From Planctomycetota bacterium (lineage in GTDB: Bacteria; Planctomycetota; UBA8108; SXIK01), in the NCBI GenBank assembly GCA_965223265.1, contig OZ244999.1:1088001-1152000 (forward strand): a DNA stretch of 64,000 nucleotides, in the 5' to 3' direction. The position numbers and the translations under genes were made by a program. Under the pieces are notes generated by a model. It did not search any database and was not told the DNA's origin. It saw only the letters and a list, made by a program, of their open reading frames with translations. The stretch's first letter is position 1, and each line of letters starts with the position of its first letter. This document shows, in pieces, positions 38,204-49,430 of the stretch.

Positions 38204-41013
38204 CAGATTGGCATCAAAGGGCGGTTTCAGACAGCCTAGTCCAGCTTGACTCAGACGCGGCAAGCGGATTGGCTGAAGACCAAGCGAAGGCGCGCCGTGC
38301 TCGATACGGCCCCAACGAATTAGTGGAAACCGGCGGCCGCGGACCGTGGCGAATTCTATGGGAGCAGCTCAGCGGGGCGATGGTCGTCCTGCTCATCGTG
38401 GCGGCAGGCGTATCGGCTTTCTTGCATGAATACACCGATTCGGCGGTGATCCTGGTCATCGTGGTGCTGAACGCAGCGCTCGGGTTTGCCCAAGACTATC
38501 GAGCGGAGAAGGCGCTGGCGGCACTAAAGAGACTGGCTGTGCCCGTCGTGCGACTTCGTCGCGATGGCGTGGTGCGGGAGATGCCTGCTTGCGAGCTGGT
38601 GCCTGGCGACATCGTGCTTCTGGAAGTCGGCAACTACGTGCCGGCCGATTGTCGCTTGTGGGAATCTGCCAATCTGAGAATTCAAGAGGCGGCACTGACT
38701 GGAGAGTCGGAGCCAGTCGACAAACAGATCGAGGCGCTCGCGGGCGACAGCTTGCCGCTAGGCGACCGAACAAACATGGCCTACATGGGCACCGTCGTGA
38801 CGTATGGCCACGGACAGGCTGTCGTGACGGAAACTGGGATGAACACCGAGCTGGGACACATCGCTCGGTCGCTGCAAACTGTCGAAAGCGAACCAACGCC
38901 GCTGCAAAAACGGCTCGCCCAGCTTGGTCGCACACTCGCGCTGGTCGCGCTCGGGATTGTGGCGTTGGTGTTCGCGATGGGGCTACTGCGGGGCGAAGAC
39001 CTACGGTTGATGTTGATGACAGCGCTCAGCCTGGCTGTCGCGGTCGTGCCAGAAGGCTTGCCGGCCGTGGCAACGGTTACGCTGGCGATCGGAGCGCGGC
39101 GGATGTTCAAGCGGCGCGCCTTGATTCGCAAGTTGCCTGCCGTCGAAACGCTCGGATCGGTCACGGTGATCTGCGCGGACAAGACCGGCACGCTGACAGA
39201 GAACCTCATGACGGTCACCGTGCTCGACGTGGCCGGCGACCGGCTGGATCTATCTGAGGTATTGCAGAAGGGCCAGCCGTTCACCGAATCTGATGTTTCG
39301 GACGAAGTCGCCGCGCTGCGAAATATGGTAGCTGACGACTCATCGCTGGCGCTACTCCTGGCGGGAGCTGGTCTTTGCAACGACGCAGAACTCGAATCGG
39401 ACGAGGAGCACCACGGGCTCCGAGCTGTCGGCGACCCTACCGAAGGCGCACTGGCGGTCGCGGCTGCTCGTCTGGGGCTTCGAAAAGACCGCTTGTTGGC
39501 GTTACTGCCTCGCGAAGCCGAAGTGCCCTTTGATTCGGATCGCAAACGGATGACGACGGTTCATCGCGTCACACCCTCGACCTGTGAAGCTACCGACGGG
39601 CCAGTCAAGGCTGCGCTGCGTCCAATCGTTCGACTGACCGGGAACCACTTTGCGTTCACCAAGGGCGCTGTTGACGCCATCCTCGATGCCTGTCAGTACG
39701 TCTGGGACGAAGACGAACTGAAACCGATCGACGACACTTGGCAGAGCCGCATCGCAGCAGCCAACGAAAAGCTGGCCGCCAGCGGCATGCGCGTGTTGGG
39801 CGTGGCGTGTCGTCCGCTCGACACGGCAACCGCTGCAGCGGCCGACGACCCAACAGGCAGGTCGGCCACCAGCCCAACGGAGGACATCGAGCAGGACCTG
39901 ATCTTCGTAGGGATGCTCGGCATGGTCGACCCGCCGCGACCGGAAGTTGCCGACTCGGTCGCGCGGTGCCGCTCGGCGGGTATTCGTCCCATGATGATCA
40001 CCGGTGATCATCCACTGACCGCCATCCACATTGCCCGGCAATTGAGAATCGCTGACGACGACCAGGTGCTGACAGGGCAAGAGTTGGAACGGATCAGCGG
40101 TGACGAGCTGAGAGCGGCTGTCGAGAAAACTTCGGTGTACGCGCGCGTTGCCCCCAAGCACAAACTGCAACTGGTCCAGGCTCTCCAAGACAATGGCCAC
40201 GTGGTCGCGATGACGGGTGACGGTGTGAACGACGCACCGGCCCTCAAGCAAGCTCACATCGGCGTGGCTATGGGGATCACCGGTACCGACGTTTCCAAGG
40301 AAGCCTCGCAGATGGTCCTGCTGGACGACAACTTTTCCACGATCGTCAATGCAGTCGAAGAAGGGCGCATTGTCTACGACAATATTCGTAAATTCGTCAA
40401 GTACACGATGACGAGCAACGCCGGCGAAGTCTGGGTCATGGTGCTCGGCCCGCTGATGGGTATGCCGCTACCGTTGTTGCCGCTGCAGATTCTGTGGATC
40501 AATCTGGTGACTGACGGACTACCTGGGTTGGCCCTGGCCTTTGAACCGGCCGAACGCGATACGATGCGACGTGCGCCTCATCCGCCCCAGGAACACATCT
40601 TCGGTCGCGGCATGGGTCGTGACATCGCCTGGATTGGCGTGCTGATGGGCGCGGTCTCCCTGGCAACGGGCTACTGGTGGTGGGCCTTCGGTTCGACGGC
40701 GGAGGCCCACTGGCGGACGATCGTTTTCACGGTGTTGACGCTAGCCCAGATGGGCAACGCCCTGGCCATCCGCTCAGCTCACGATTCGCTATTTCAAATC
40801 GGCATCTTTTCAAACCGGGCACTCATCAGCGCCGTGGCGCTTACCTTCGGCTTACAACTATGCGTGATCTATTGGCAGCCGCTGCAGAGGATCTTCAAAA
40901 CGACGGCTTTGACCGCTTTCGAACTTCTTTCGTGCGTTGCGTTGAGCACGATCGTGTTCTGGGCTGTTGAGGCACAGAAGTTCTTGTTACGCTCGAGGCG
41001 TCGGGCACGTTGA
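38200..41013 (+). CDS. P-type ATPase, type IIA (Ca2+/cation-transporting)
   Basis: TGES, VPEGLP, DKTGTLT, GDPTE, MITGDH, TGDGVNDAP, NLVTDG. Confidence 0.95.
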   Translation: MTDWHQRAVSDSLVQLDSDAASGLAEDQAKARRARYGPNELVETGGRGPWRILWEQLSGAMVVLLIVAAGVSAFLHEYTDSAVILVIVVLNAALGFAQDYRAEKALAALKRLAVPVVRLRRDGVVREMPACELVPGDIVLLEVGNYVPADCRLWESANLRIQEAALTGESEPVDKQIEALAGDSLPLGDRTNMAYMGTVVTYGHGQAVVTETGMNTELGHIARSLQTVESEPTPLQKRLAQLGRTLALVALGIVALVFAMGLLRGEDLRLMLMTALSLAVAVVPEGLPAVATVTLAIGARRMFKRRALIRKLPAVETLGSVTVICADKTGTLTENLMTVTVLDVAGDRLDLSEVLQKGQPFTESDVSDEVAALRNMVADDSSLALLLAGAGLCNDAELESDEEHHGLRAVGDPTEGALAVAAARLGLRKDRLLALLPREAEVPFDSDRKRMTTVHRVTPSTCEATDGPVKAALRPIVRLTGNHFAFTKGAVDAILDACQYVWDEDELKPIDDTWQSRIAAANEKLAASGMRVLGVACRPLDTATAAAADDPTGRSATSPTEDIEQDLIFVGMLGMVDPPRPEVADSVARCRSAGIRPMMITGDHPLTAIHIARQLRIADDDQVLTGQELERISGDELRAAVEKTSVYARVAPKHKLQLVQALQDNGHVVAMTGDGVNDAPALKQAHIGVAMGITGTDVSKEASQMVLLDDNFSTIVNAVEEGRIVYDNIRKFVKYTMTSNAGEVWVMVLGPLMGMPLPLLPLQILWINLVTDGLPGLALAFEPAERDTMRRAPHPPQEHIFGRGMGRDIAWIGVLMGAVSLATGYWWWAFGSTAEAHWRTIVFTVLTLAQMGNALAIRSAHDSLFQIGIFSNRALISAVALTFGLQLCVIYWQPLQRIFKTTALTAFELLSCVALSTIVFWAVEAQKFLLRSRRRAR

Positions 41014-41256
41014 GATCTGCCCGACTACGATGCTGAATCTCGCGGTCATCAGTGAGCAAGGCACAGGCGGCCGTCGAAGAACTCGGAAGACTCGGTCCAA
41101 GAGCAGCAGCACCGAACGGAGTGGGAGGACGCTGCGGGATCGGTCTACGATTGTCTGATCTTCCTTCCACAGATCTGATTTGTATTCTCCCGGAATGCGG
41201 CTAGGGTTGCGTGACAACCCTGAGCTAAGGCGCGTCACGTCCTCGTTAACTCCGCG

Positions 41257-42690
41257 TCAGATCCCTTCGAGCTCTCCGGTGCTGTCGGAAAACGAATCGG
41301 TCTCGACTCCGAGACGTTGAAGCATGGAGACGAAGAGATTGGAAAGGGAGAGATCCTCGTGGGTCGCTTTCTTGGTCCACGGTTCAGCGTCTCCGGGCGC
41401 CCAGCCTCCTCGGTACGCGTGGGCTCCAGCATAGTTGAGATACCGACCGTGCTGCAGGCCCATGTTCTTTCCTCCGGCCAGGAGCAGCGGGTAATTTCGG
41501 GAGAGATGGAAGGCACTCGATGCCGAACCAAACAGCAGCAGCGTGTTGTCGAGGAGTGATCCCTGACCCGACGGTTCGGGCGTCTGTTTGAGCCGCATGA
41601 CAAAGCGGCCAAACTCCTCGTGAAGGAAACGGCAGTAGATCCCGAAATTCTTCCAACCATTCGGCTCTTTTGTTTCGTGCGACAACTGATGGGCCTGCGG
41701 AAACCCGACGGCACGCGCCAGATGGTCGCTGATTCCAACGCCATTCTCTCGGCCGATTTGATAGCTGGCCACTCGGGTGACGTCCGTTTTGAAGGACAAA
41801 TAGATCAACTCGAACATTGTCCGCAGATACTCGCGGGGTTCCTCCGGAGTGATTTCCAGGTTGAGATGATCTACGTTCACGGACGGAAGAGGCGTGTTGA
41901 CCCAGTCCTTCGACTTTTGCACGCGGCGTTCCGCTTCGCGGACGGACTGCAGGTATTCGTCCAGGCTTCTCTGATCGTGCGAGGAGAGTCGCCTTCGCAA
42001 TCGTCGCGCATCGGCTAACAAGTCGTCCAAAGCGCTTTGGCTAAGCGCGAGCCGGCGGGCGGCATCGGCATCGCTTTTGACGAACAACATGTCAAAGATC
42101 CGTTTCGGACGGTTCTCCGCGGGGATTGGCCTTCCATGACGATTGAAGGAAATCGTGTGAGCGCCGCGAGCCGTTCCTGTGCCCCCATCGGTTGACATGA
42201 CCAGTGATGCATAACGCGTCCGGTCACCTACGTGGCGCGCATATTCTTGGTCGAGAGAAATCGAGTTTTGGTAATCGGTATCCCCGGTTCCGGTTGCGGC
42301 CCCAGTCAGGAACTGGTCGGCGTTGTTGTGACCATGAACGTTGCGCCCGGCTGGGTGAGAGAGGCCTGACAACACAGTCAGCTCATTCCGCAACGGCTCG
42401 AGCGGTTCAAAGCACTTTGTGAAGGTGAACTCTTTCCCGCCTCCGTGCGGAAACCAGGCCCAATCCTTGTGCGCCGGATCTTCGGGGAGGGGCATGGGAA
42501 CGCCATCCGGAAAATAGAAACATCCCAGGCGTCTGCGCCCACTTTTTGCACGATCATCGGAACCCGCGGCCGCTCTCGCCGTGGGGAGCAGCGATCCAAA
42601 CACAGGCAGAGTCAAGGCCCAGCCCGCTCCACAAAGAAAGCTGCGGCGATCAAGCGACTTCAATGGCTTATTTCCTTCTGAATAGTTCAC
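41257..42690 (-). CDS. DUF1552 protein (Tat-like signal)
   Basis: LDRRSFL, ISLDQ, LDEYLQSVREAERR, LLDNTLLLFGS, NYPLLLAGG, FSDSTG. Confidence 0.85.
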   Translation of the reverse strand: MNYSEGNKPLKSLDRRSFLCGAGWALTLPVFGSLLPTARAAAGSDDRAKSGRRRLGCFYFPDGVPMPLPEDPAHKDWAWFPHGGGKEFTFTKCFEPLEPLRNELTVLSGLSHPAGRNVHGHNNADQFLTGAATGTGDTDYQNSISLDQEYARHVGDRTRYASLVMSTDGGTGTARGAHTISFNRHGRPIPAENRPKRIFDMLFVKSDADAARRLALSQSALDDLLADARRLRRRLSSHDQRSLDEYLQSVREAERRVQKSKDWVNTPLPSVNVDHLNLEITPEEPREYLRTMFELIYLSFKTDVTRVASYQIGRENGVGISDHLARAVGFPQAHQLSHETKEPNGWKNFGIYCRFLHEEFGRFVMRLKQTPEPSGQGSLLDNTLLLFGSASSAFHLSRNYPLLLAGGKNMGLQHGRYLNYAGAHAYRGGWAPGDAEPWTKKATHEDLSLSNLFVSMLQRLGVETDSFSDSTGELEGI

Positions 42691-45394
42691 TCGTAGCCAC
42701 CTCTTCGATCAATGTCGCCAATCCATCCCCCCGCTGACGAACTCGCGCGGTGATTTCTTCAACACCAGCTCGGTCGGCAAAGGTCAAGGGGCGGCCCAGG
42801 GAATACACTGCCATCTTATGCACCATGGCTTGAACGAACTGATCTTGGCGATTCTTCAGTAGGAAGCGTTTTAACCCGTCCATACCGTTCAAGGGTTCAT
42901 CGTTAAACAAACGACTCGTCGCGTCTACAGGTTTTCCGTTGATCGTGTCGCGCCAGCGCCCCAGCGCGTCAAAGTTCTCAAAGGCGATTCCCCAAGGATC
43001 GATCTTAACATGACAGGACATGCACGCAGGGTGGTCTCGGTGATCCTCGATGCGCTCCTTGAGCGTCATCTTCGCAATCTCCGGGTCGGCGAGATCGATT
43101 TCTGGGACGGCCGGAGGTGGTGGCGGGGGCGGATCATTGAGCAGGCTTTCCAGCATCCAGATGCCGCGTTTGAGCGGATTAGAATCCTCGCCACTTGAAT
43201 TCATGGCCAGTAGACCCGCCTGAGTCAGCAATCCTCCACGTTTCTGGCTTGGATCGAGGTTGACGCGTCGAAAGTGATTCCCGAAAACGTTTGGCAAACC
43301 GTAGTGCTGCGCGAGACGCTCGTTGGCCATCGTGTAGTCGGCGTGGATGAAATTCAGGACGCTTTCGTTGCGCAGCAGCACTTCTTGGAACAGCTCGACG
43401 GGTTCCTCCTGCATAGCTTCTTTAAGGAGCGGCTCCAGTTCTTCACTGGGTTTCAGGAAATCCAGCAGTTGCATGTCGAGCCACTGCCGGACGAAGTGGA
43501 TTGAGAACCGCTTCGAGCGCGAATCTGCCAGCATGCGTCGGACCTCGCCGACCAGGACGTCGGGCCGACTCAATCGTCTTTGGGCAGCCAACTCAAGTAG
43601 TTCGTTGTCGGGTACACTGCACCAAAGAAACATGGAGAGACGCGTTGCCAGTTCCTGGTCGGACAGCCACGCCGGCTCGGTCGGTTTGTCGGAATCCCGG
43701 ACGAGGTAAAGAAACTCGGGAGCAGAAAGAACGGTGGCCAGCACTTCAACCACGGCTTCCTCGAAAGTGTCACAGAGTTTTCGCACCTCATGAAAGAGAC
43801 GAACTTTCTGCTGGACCTCTTCGCTGCTCACCTTGCGTCGCCAGGCGCGTGACATGAAATCGGTGAGGATTTCTTTCGCATAGACGGGTTCGTCGCCGCT
43901 GTTCGTGCTCTCGGAAAAGATCCGCTTGTGTGACTCCGGCGGCCACTGGTCGTAGACGGGGCCCGAGACCTCCACGTAATAGATTTGAACGTCCCCTTGC
44001 GATGCAGAGCTGTTGACGAGCCGGATGTACTCGGATGGGCTGGGCAGGGAACCCAACGTTGACGTCTTCCTTACCGAGTTGCGGGGATAGATGTCGTCCA
44101 GTGGTATCTTCCATTGATAGAACTCAGGCTTCTCCGCAGCTGCGGTGATCGGAGTGTCCTCGGTGCTGACTCGGAGTCGCGCGCGGCCCTCGTTGCTGGC
44201 TTGCCAGCCGAATTCCAGCTGAAGGCTGGGGATCCGGTCCTCCTCCACGGAGGTTCGCGATGCCATAACGCGGACTCGAAGGATGCCTTCATCGGGAACT
44301 TTCTCTCCCAACTCGACAATCAGCGTCTTCTCCCGTCCCTGAGGAATCATCGCCACCTGATCGAATGACTCTGGGAGTTCCGGGCGGGAGTTTGTTGGCT
44401 TGAACGCGTACTTGGCCCCTCCGTAGTGCCACGTGTGGGGTGCGGTTCGACCTGTGGACAAATCTTTGAAATACGTTTCCGAGTGGGGCTTCGTGTAGCT
44501 GGCCAGGAGCTGATCAACTTCCTGCGCTTGCTTCTCAGAATCGTCTTTGAGTTTTTCCCTGAGCTCGGCGATCGCTGCCTCTTGTTTCGTCCATTCGATC
44601 TTGGCCGCTTGTTTCATCGAGACGCCCCAATAGAGAATGGGGGGGCGCGAACCGAGCGGCGTCGTCTGGGATGGCGTCCGGAATACCGTCGCCTGCGACA
44701 ACGCCTTCCTCGCCAGGCGTCGATACGTTTCCAGCTGCACCACAGACATCTGCAGCGTTTCCGAACTGTTTTGAAAGCCGTCCTCGGAGTGAGCTTCCGG
44801 CGGCAGGTCCCGGGCGAATTCCCGATGAAGCCCGAGGAGATCCTGCAGCGCATAGTTGTATTCATAACGCGTCATGCGTCGAAACGAAGAGTGCCCTCCT
44901 GTTGCCCGCCGAACGATCGAGGCTAGCTGGATTTCTTGGGACAACAACTCGATCGCTTGGGTCCGTTCCTCGCCCGACAGTTTGGACTTTTTCGGGGGCG
45001 GCATTTCGCCGTTTCCCAGGACCGCCATCACCTCGAGCCACCAGTCGACGTCCCCACCCTTCAACAGGTCGGGGTTGAGCTTGTCGATGCGAAGATCCGC
45101 CTTCGTCTTTTCCGGCCCGTGACACGAGACACAGTGTTTCGTAAGGATCGGCATAATCTTCTTGCGAAACTGGTCAGGCGAAAGCTTCGGTGTCTCGGGG
45201 GCATCAGCATATGCCGGCTGATTCTTGTAGCGGGATTGCCGAGCGCCGGACGCTTTCAGTTCCTCCAGCGTGGGCACCTCTGCCCCTGTCAATCCAGCCC
45301 ATCCAGTCAAACCAGGCAGCACGGGTGCAAGAGTCGCCCCGAGTATGAGTCCGAGCAGTTGCCGTCGTAGATCGATCCGTTCACGTTGAAACAT
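42668..45394 (-). CDS. Planctomycete cytochrome c + DUF1587/1592/1588/1585 protein
   Basis: CVSCH, RRMTRYEYNYALQDLLG, ELATRLSMFLW, RGGLLTQA, CMSCH, FENFDALGRWR. Confidence 0.88.
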   Translation of the reverse strand: MFQRERIDLRRQLLGLILGATLAPVLPGLTGWAGLTGAEVPTLEELKASGARQSRYKNQPAYADAPETPKLSPDQFRKKIMPILTKHCVSCHGPEKTKADLRIDKLNPDLLKGGDVDWWLEVMAVLGNGEMPPPKKSKLSGEERTQAIELLSQEIQLASIVRRATGGHSSFRRMTRYEYNYALQDLLGLHREFARDLPPEAHSEDGFQNSSETLQMSVVQLETYRRLARKALSQATVFRTPSQTTPLGSRPPILYWGVSMKQAAKIEWTKQEAAIAELREKLKDDSEKQAQEVDQLLASYTKPHSETYFKDLSTGRTAPHTWHYGGAKYAFKPTNSRPELPESFDQVAMIPQGREKTLIVELGEKVPDEGILRVRVMASRTSVEEDRIPSLQLEFGWQASNEGRARLRVSTEDTPITAAAEKPEFYQWKIPLDDIYPRNSVRKTSTLGSLPSPSEYIRLVNSSASQGDVQIYYVEVSGPVYDQWPPESHKRIFSESTNSGDEPVYAKEILTDFMSRAWRRKVSSEEVQQKVRLFHEVRKLCDTFEEAVVEVLATVLSAPEFLYLVRDSDKPTEPAWLSDQELATRLSMFLWCSVPDNELLELAAQRRLSRPDVLVGEVRRMLADSRSKRFSIHFVRQWLDMQLLDFLKPSEELEPLLKEAMQEEPVELFQEVLLRNESVLNFIHADYTMANERLAQHYGLPNVFGNHFRRVNLDPSQKRGGLLTQAGLLAMNSSGEDSNPLKRGIWMLESLLNDPPPPPPPAVPEIDLADPEIAKMTLKERIEDHRDHPACMSCHVKIDPWGIAFENFDALGRWRDTINGKPVDATSRLFNDEPLNGMDGLKRFLLKNRQDQFVQAMVHKMAVYSLGRPLTFADRAGVEEITARVRQRGDGLATLIEEVATSELFRRK

Positions 45395-45609
45395 ATCGCT
45401 ACTTAGCCTACCAGGGCGCCAATTCAAAGTCACCCGAACGCGAGCGATCAGTGGGCGAGTTGATTTGGGGGCACTCTGCCGTTGCCGCGGCGACTTCTTC
45501 CGGGTTGCGGTGTGTGCTTCAAGAACGTCGAGATCCGCGAGCTGCCGCGAGAGGTCCAACCGGACCGTGTCCAACAGTTTACCGGTGGAACGTGGATACG
45601 ATTCGACCG

Positions 45610-46002
45610 TCACGCTTCGACGACGTCGAAGCCGACATCGTCCGTTGCGTCCGGATGGCCCGCATAGTTGAACGTGATTTCTTCATCCCGCTCGATCGTT
45701 CGGATCGCGGTGAGTCGTTTGGTCTGGGGAGCGAGGTCCTCGCACGCTGCGTTGGGTGTGTAGGAATGGTTGTAAAGTGCACCGAATCCGAGCGCCATCG
45801 CTACGTAGCCCTCGCGCCAGTGAAATACGTAGTTGGCCAGGATCGAGGTGCCTGACGGTGCATAGAGGTCAGTCACGGGAATGACGATCACTGGTACTTC
45901 TTCGATCACTTGACCCGCTTCAATCCGACACCGCGCAAAGACTCCTCGCCCACGAGTCTTGGTACGTTTGCAGTAAATCAGTTGGGAAGGAGTCAACGAC
46001 AT
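45610..46002 (-). CDS. SET-domain protein
   Basis: RGRGVFA, LYNHSYTPN, EEITFNY. Confidence 0.88.
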   Translation of the reverse strand: MSLTPSQLIYCKRTKTRGRGVFARCRIEAGQVIEEVPVIVIPVTDLYAPSGTSILANYVFHWREGYVAMALGFGALYNHSYTPNAACEDLAPQTKRLTAIRTIERDEEITFNYAGHPDATDDVGFDVVEA

Positions 46003-46148
46003 TGACGGTCGGTGAAGAGGATCAAACGGTTCGGGTCCACGCCGCCGAGTTTTCAGGAGCCGATGTCCTGCGAGTCGTCTCGGCTCCCGCTGAGCGCGAT
46101 CGCTCGCCGAGTAGAGTACCTCAACTCGGTTCGTGGCGCGCCACTAAC

Positions 46149-48671
46149 CTACTCGAAACCGATCGCTTCGGTAACGCGAAGTCGAGCGGCTCGCCGCGCG
46201 GGGACGTAGGCCGTTCCGAGCGCGAGCAGCGCAGTGAGAGTCGTGCATATCGTAAGGAACGGAACGTCGACGCTGAACAGGACGGGAATGCCACTGGCCG
46301 CTTCTCCTGAGACGTGCATCGCGTAACTCATCAGAGTCCCGGCGAGCGCCCCTGGTAGCAAGCTGATGACGGCGAGTGTTCCAGCCTGAGAGAGCACCAG
46401 TCGGAACACCTGGCCTCGCTGCATACCTACGGCACGCAGAAGCCCTATCTCACGAGTCTGCTCGAGGACGTTCATCGTCAGAGTGTTGATCACACCGAGG
46501 GATGCGACGAGAAACGCGAGCACGATCACTCCCCACACGAGACCGGTCACAGCGTCGATCATCGTATCGACGATCGCTTTGAACTCCTCCGACGAGTGTA
46601 CGACTAGCTCGCGACTTGAGCAGAACGCAGAGAGACGTGCTCCGCCTACAGGATCGCTGGCAGCGACGTTGACACGAAAGACGTGTACTCCGCGAAAATC
46701 GAATAGTCGCCTCGCTACAGCCCAGTCTACGTATGCGGCGAAGCCAGCTGAGGTGTATTCAGTCGCCGTGCCCGCGACTTCGAACTCATGAATTCCTTGC
46801 GTCGTCTCGATAGGGACGGCCGTTCCGAGATGGGCACCCAGCTGCTGTGCCACGGTCGTACCGAGCACGATCTGGCCTTCCTTGAGTGAGGCCGCCATCG
46901 TTTGTGGATCGCCTTGTTCCACGTCGAGCGGCAGGGGGGCGTCGGACTCGTTGGATACTGCCGCGATCGTCAAAGATTGGTCGCCGACTCTAGACGTTAT
47001 CCACGTGACGGTGTCGACACTTGAGACGCCCTCGATGGCGCGTAGCTCGTCGCCGAGTGTCTCGGGCATTGGGGCGGGGAGGAGCAACGTCGTCTTCGGC
47101 CACGCACTGCGAACGAAGTAGTCACCCGCCGCGATACGGTGCAGGTTGTCCCGGATGTCGTTTGTGTGTGTCACTAAAGTAGCCCCCGTAGCGACGGCTA
47201 CGGTGACCGCGACGAAAAGTACCGCGACCGTCAAGTTCGTCCGACCCAGACTTGCGCCTAGTTGACGCAGCGCGAGTCTTGTCTCGACGCCCAAGACTCT
47301 TGAGAGTGTCACGTTCAGAAATCCGATCATGGGCCGCACGGTGAGCTGCATTAGCAGGACGAGGCCGATCAGGCCGAGAGCCATCGCGGCTCCCACAAGC
47401 CTCGGGATCAACTCAGGCCCAACCCACTCGAACACGATTCCGAACGTCAACGAGGTCGGAAGAAGAACGAGGAGAAGCCCAACCACGACTGGAGCCACGC
47501 GGACGCCGGAACACTTCGGCGTTCGATGACCGAATAGAGCTCCGAGTATCGAACCCGCTGCCACGCGTCGTGCCGGGATGAAGGTAGCAAGAACCGGGAG
47601 GCCTGGACCGAAGATAGCAGCGAAGGCGATGGGGCCAAACGGTACGAAAAAGTCCATCGATCGGGCGCCGAAGCTCTCTCCAAAGACCTCGACGAATCCC
47701 GCCGCGATGAAGAGTCCAAGAGGGATGCCGACCAGGGTGGCAGCGACGCCCAGGACGAACGATTCTCTCAGGAGTAGCTGCGTCAGGCCGGTTCGTGTCA
47801 ATCCTAGTGACCGAAGGATGGCGAATTGGTGTCGCCGTTCGGTGAGATTCATCAGGAAAGTGTTGAGGATGACGAAGGTTGCCGCGACGAGCGACACGGT
47901 ACTGAGAGCGGAGAGAAGCTGCCGTGTACTGAGGAAAGTCGCGCGAGCAAGGGTGCCACGAGTCGAAGGACTCTGGATGTGGAAGCCGGCTGGGAGGGCA
48001 GCCTGGATCGCATTTTTGACTTGTGCTCGTTCCGCACTACCATCGAGCACGACTTGCACGCTATTGACCTCTCCGGGAAGACCAAACAGACCCTGCGCTG
48101 TCTTCAGCGGAAGGATCACAACAGCTCCGCGGTTTGCCATGGCAGCGCCGACAAGGTTCAGCGTTCCAACGATCCGCAGCTCCTTCAGTCCAGTCGGCGT
48201 CCAGATTTTTCCGACCCCATCGTGTGAGAGTCCTTGATCCGCCGCGAATCGAGCCTCCAAGAGACACGCCGATTCTCCTGCGGTCGGCAGCCGTCCTTCG
48301 GAGAGCTCGAGCCCGTAAACTTTGTTTTCCGTATCTTCCGAGAGACCGAGTGCGATCACTGGTAACGGTCCGTTCGAGCCCATAAGAGCTGCCGGAGACT
48401 GGATCGTCCCGACCGCGCTCTCGACCCCCGCTACGCCTCGCGCCAAGTCGGCGATGTACGCATCGAAGCCAGCATTTCCCCGGCGCACGACTTCGAGAGA
48501 GGCTCGCCCAGACGCCGCCTCAAAGACGTCACCGAAGGCGGCTTCAGTGTTCTCAATACTGATGGGAATGGCGACGATCGTTGCGACTCCGATCGCGACG
48601 CCGAGGAAAGTCAATGCGGCCCTTCCCGGGCGTCGCTTCGTTTCCATGATACTGATTCGCTTCAGTGTCAT
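46149..48671 (-). CDS. MacB/FtsX-type ABC permease (duplicated domains)
   Basis: ERRHQFAILRSLG and EQTREIGLLRAVG motifs; multiple TM helices. Confidence 0.9.
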   Translation of the reverse strand: MTLKRISIMETKRRPGRAALTFLGVAIGVATIVAIPISIENTEAAFGDVFEAASGRASLEVVRRGNAGFDAYIADLARGVAGVESAVGTIQSPAALMGSNGPLPVIALGLSEDTENKVYGLELSEGRLPTAGESACLLEARFAADQGLSHDGVGKIWTPTGLKELRIVGTLNLVGAAMANRGAVVILPLKTAQGLFGLPGEVNSVQVVLDGSAERAQVKNAIQAALPAGFHIQSPSTRGTLARATFLSTRQLLSALSTVSLVAATFVILNTFLMNLTERRHQFAILRSLGLTRTGLTQLLLRESFVLGVAATLVGIPLGLFIAAGFVEVFGESFGARSMDFFVPFGPIAFAAIFGPGLPVLATFIPARRVAAGSILGALFGHRTPKCSGVRVAPVVVGLLLVLLPTSLTFGIVFEWVGPELIPRLVGAAMALGLIGLVLLMQLTVRPMIGFLNVTLSRVLGVETRLALRQLGASLGRTNLTVAVLFVAVTVAVATGATLVTHTNDIRDNLHRIAAGDYFVRSAWPKTTLLLPAPMPETLGDELRAIEGVSSVDTVTWITSRVGDQSLTIAAVSNESDAPLPLDVEQGDPQTMAASLKEGQIVLGTTVAQQLGAHLGTAVPIETTQGIHEFEVAGTATEYTSAGFAAYVDWAVARRLFDFRGVHVFRVNVAASDPVGGARLSAFCSSRELVVHSSEEFKAIVDTMIDAVTGLVWGVIVLAFLVASLGVINTLTMNVLEQTREIGLLRAVGMQRGQVFRLVLSQAGTLAVISLLPGALAGTLMSYAMHVSGEAASGIPVLFSVDVPFLTICTTLTALLALGTAYVPARRAARLRVTEAIGFE

Positions 48672-49430
48672 GGAAACGCCTCCCCACCTTCCGCTTCGCC
48701 GTACTCTTCTGCGATGATGCTCGAAATGCTTCCTGCTTCGGGTAGGGCTTGATCGTCGACGATCCGGCCGTCGCGAAGTCGGATGATCCGGTCGGCGGCT
48801 GCAGCAACGCGCGAGTCATGTGTGACGATGACGATCGTCTGACCGCGGTCTGCGAGCTTGCGGAGGATCGCAACGATTTGGTCGCCGTGATCGGTATCGA
48901 GGTTTCCGGTGGGCTCATCTGCGAGAAGAACTGTTGGTTCGATGGCGAGCGCTCGTGCGATCGCCACCCTCTGCTGCTCACCTCCGGACAGTTCGACAGG
49001 GGCGTGACTATGTCGATCCGGTAGCTCGACCAGTTCGAGCTGTGCCTGCGCGCGCTGATTTGCCTCTCGTTCGGAGATCCCAGCCACGATCAGCGGAAGC
49101 GCGACGTTTTCTCGGGCAGTAAGGATGTCGAGCAAATTGAACCTCTGAAACACGAAACCGATCTTCTCGCGACGGAGTAACGTCAGCTGGTCGTCGGTCA
49201 GCGAGCGCAGGTTGAGGCCTTCGAAGATGGCGGCCCCGCTGGTCGGCGGTTCCAGACCAGCAAGACAGTGAAGTAGCGTGCTCTTGCCGGAACCCGAAGG
49301 ACCCATGATGGCTACGAATTCGCCGGAGTGAATCGTCAGGTCGACGTCGCGCAGCGCCTCGACCCGAGTCGCGTTCGATCCAAAGGCCTTCGAAAGTCGA
49401 CGTGCCTCGGATTTCTGGATGACGGGTCAT
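48668..49430 (-). CDS. ABC transporter ATP-binding subunit (LolD-like), apparent frameshift near the 5' end
   Basis: [27 protein letters not shown]. The ATG at 49430 overlapping the padR stop is out of frame with [10 protein letters not shown]...ALRDVDL. Confidence 0.85.
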
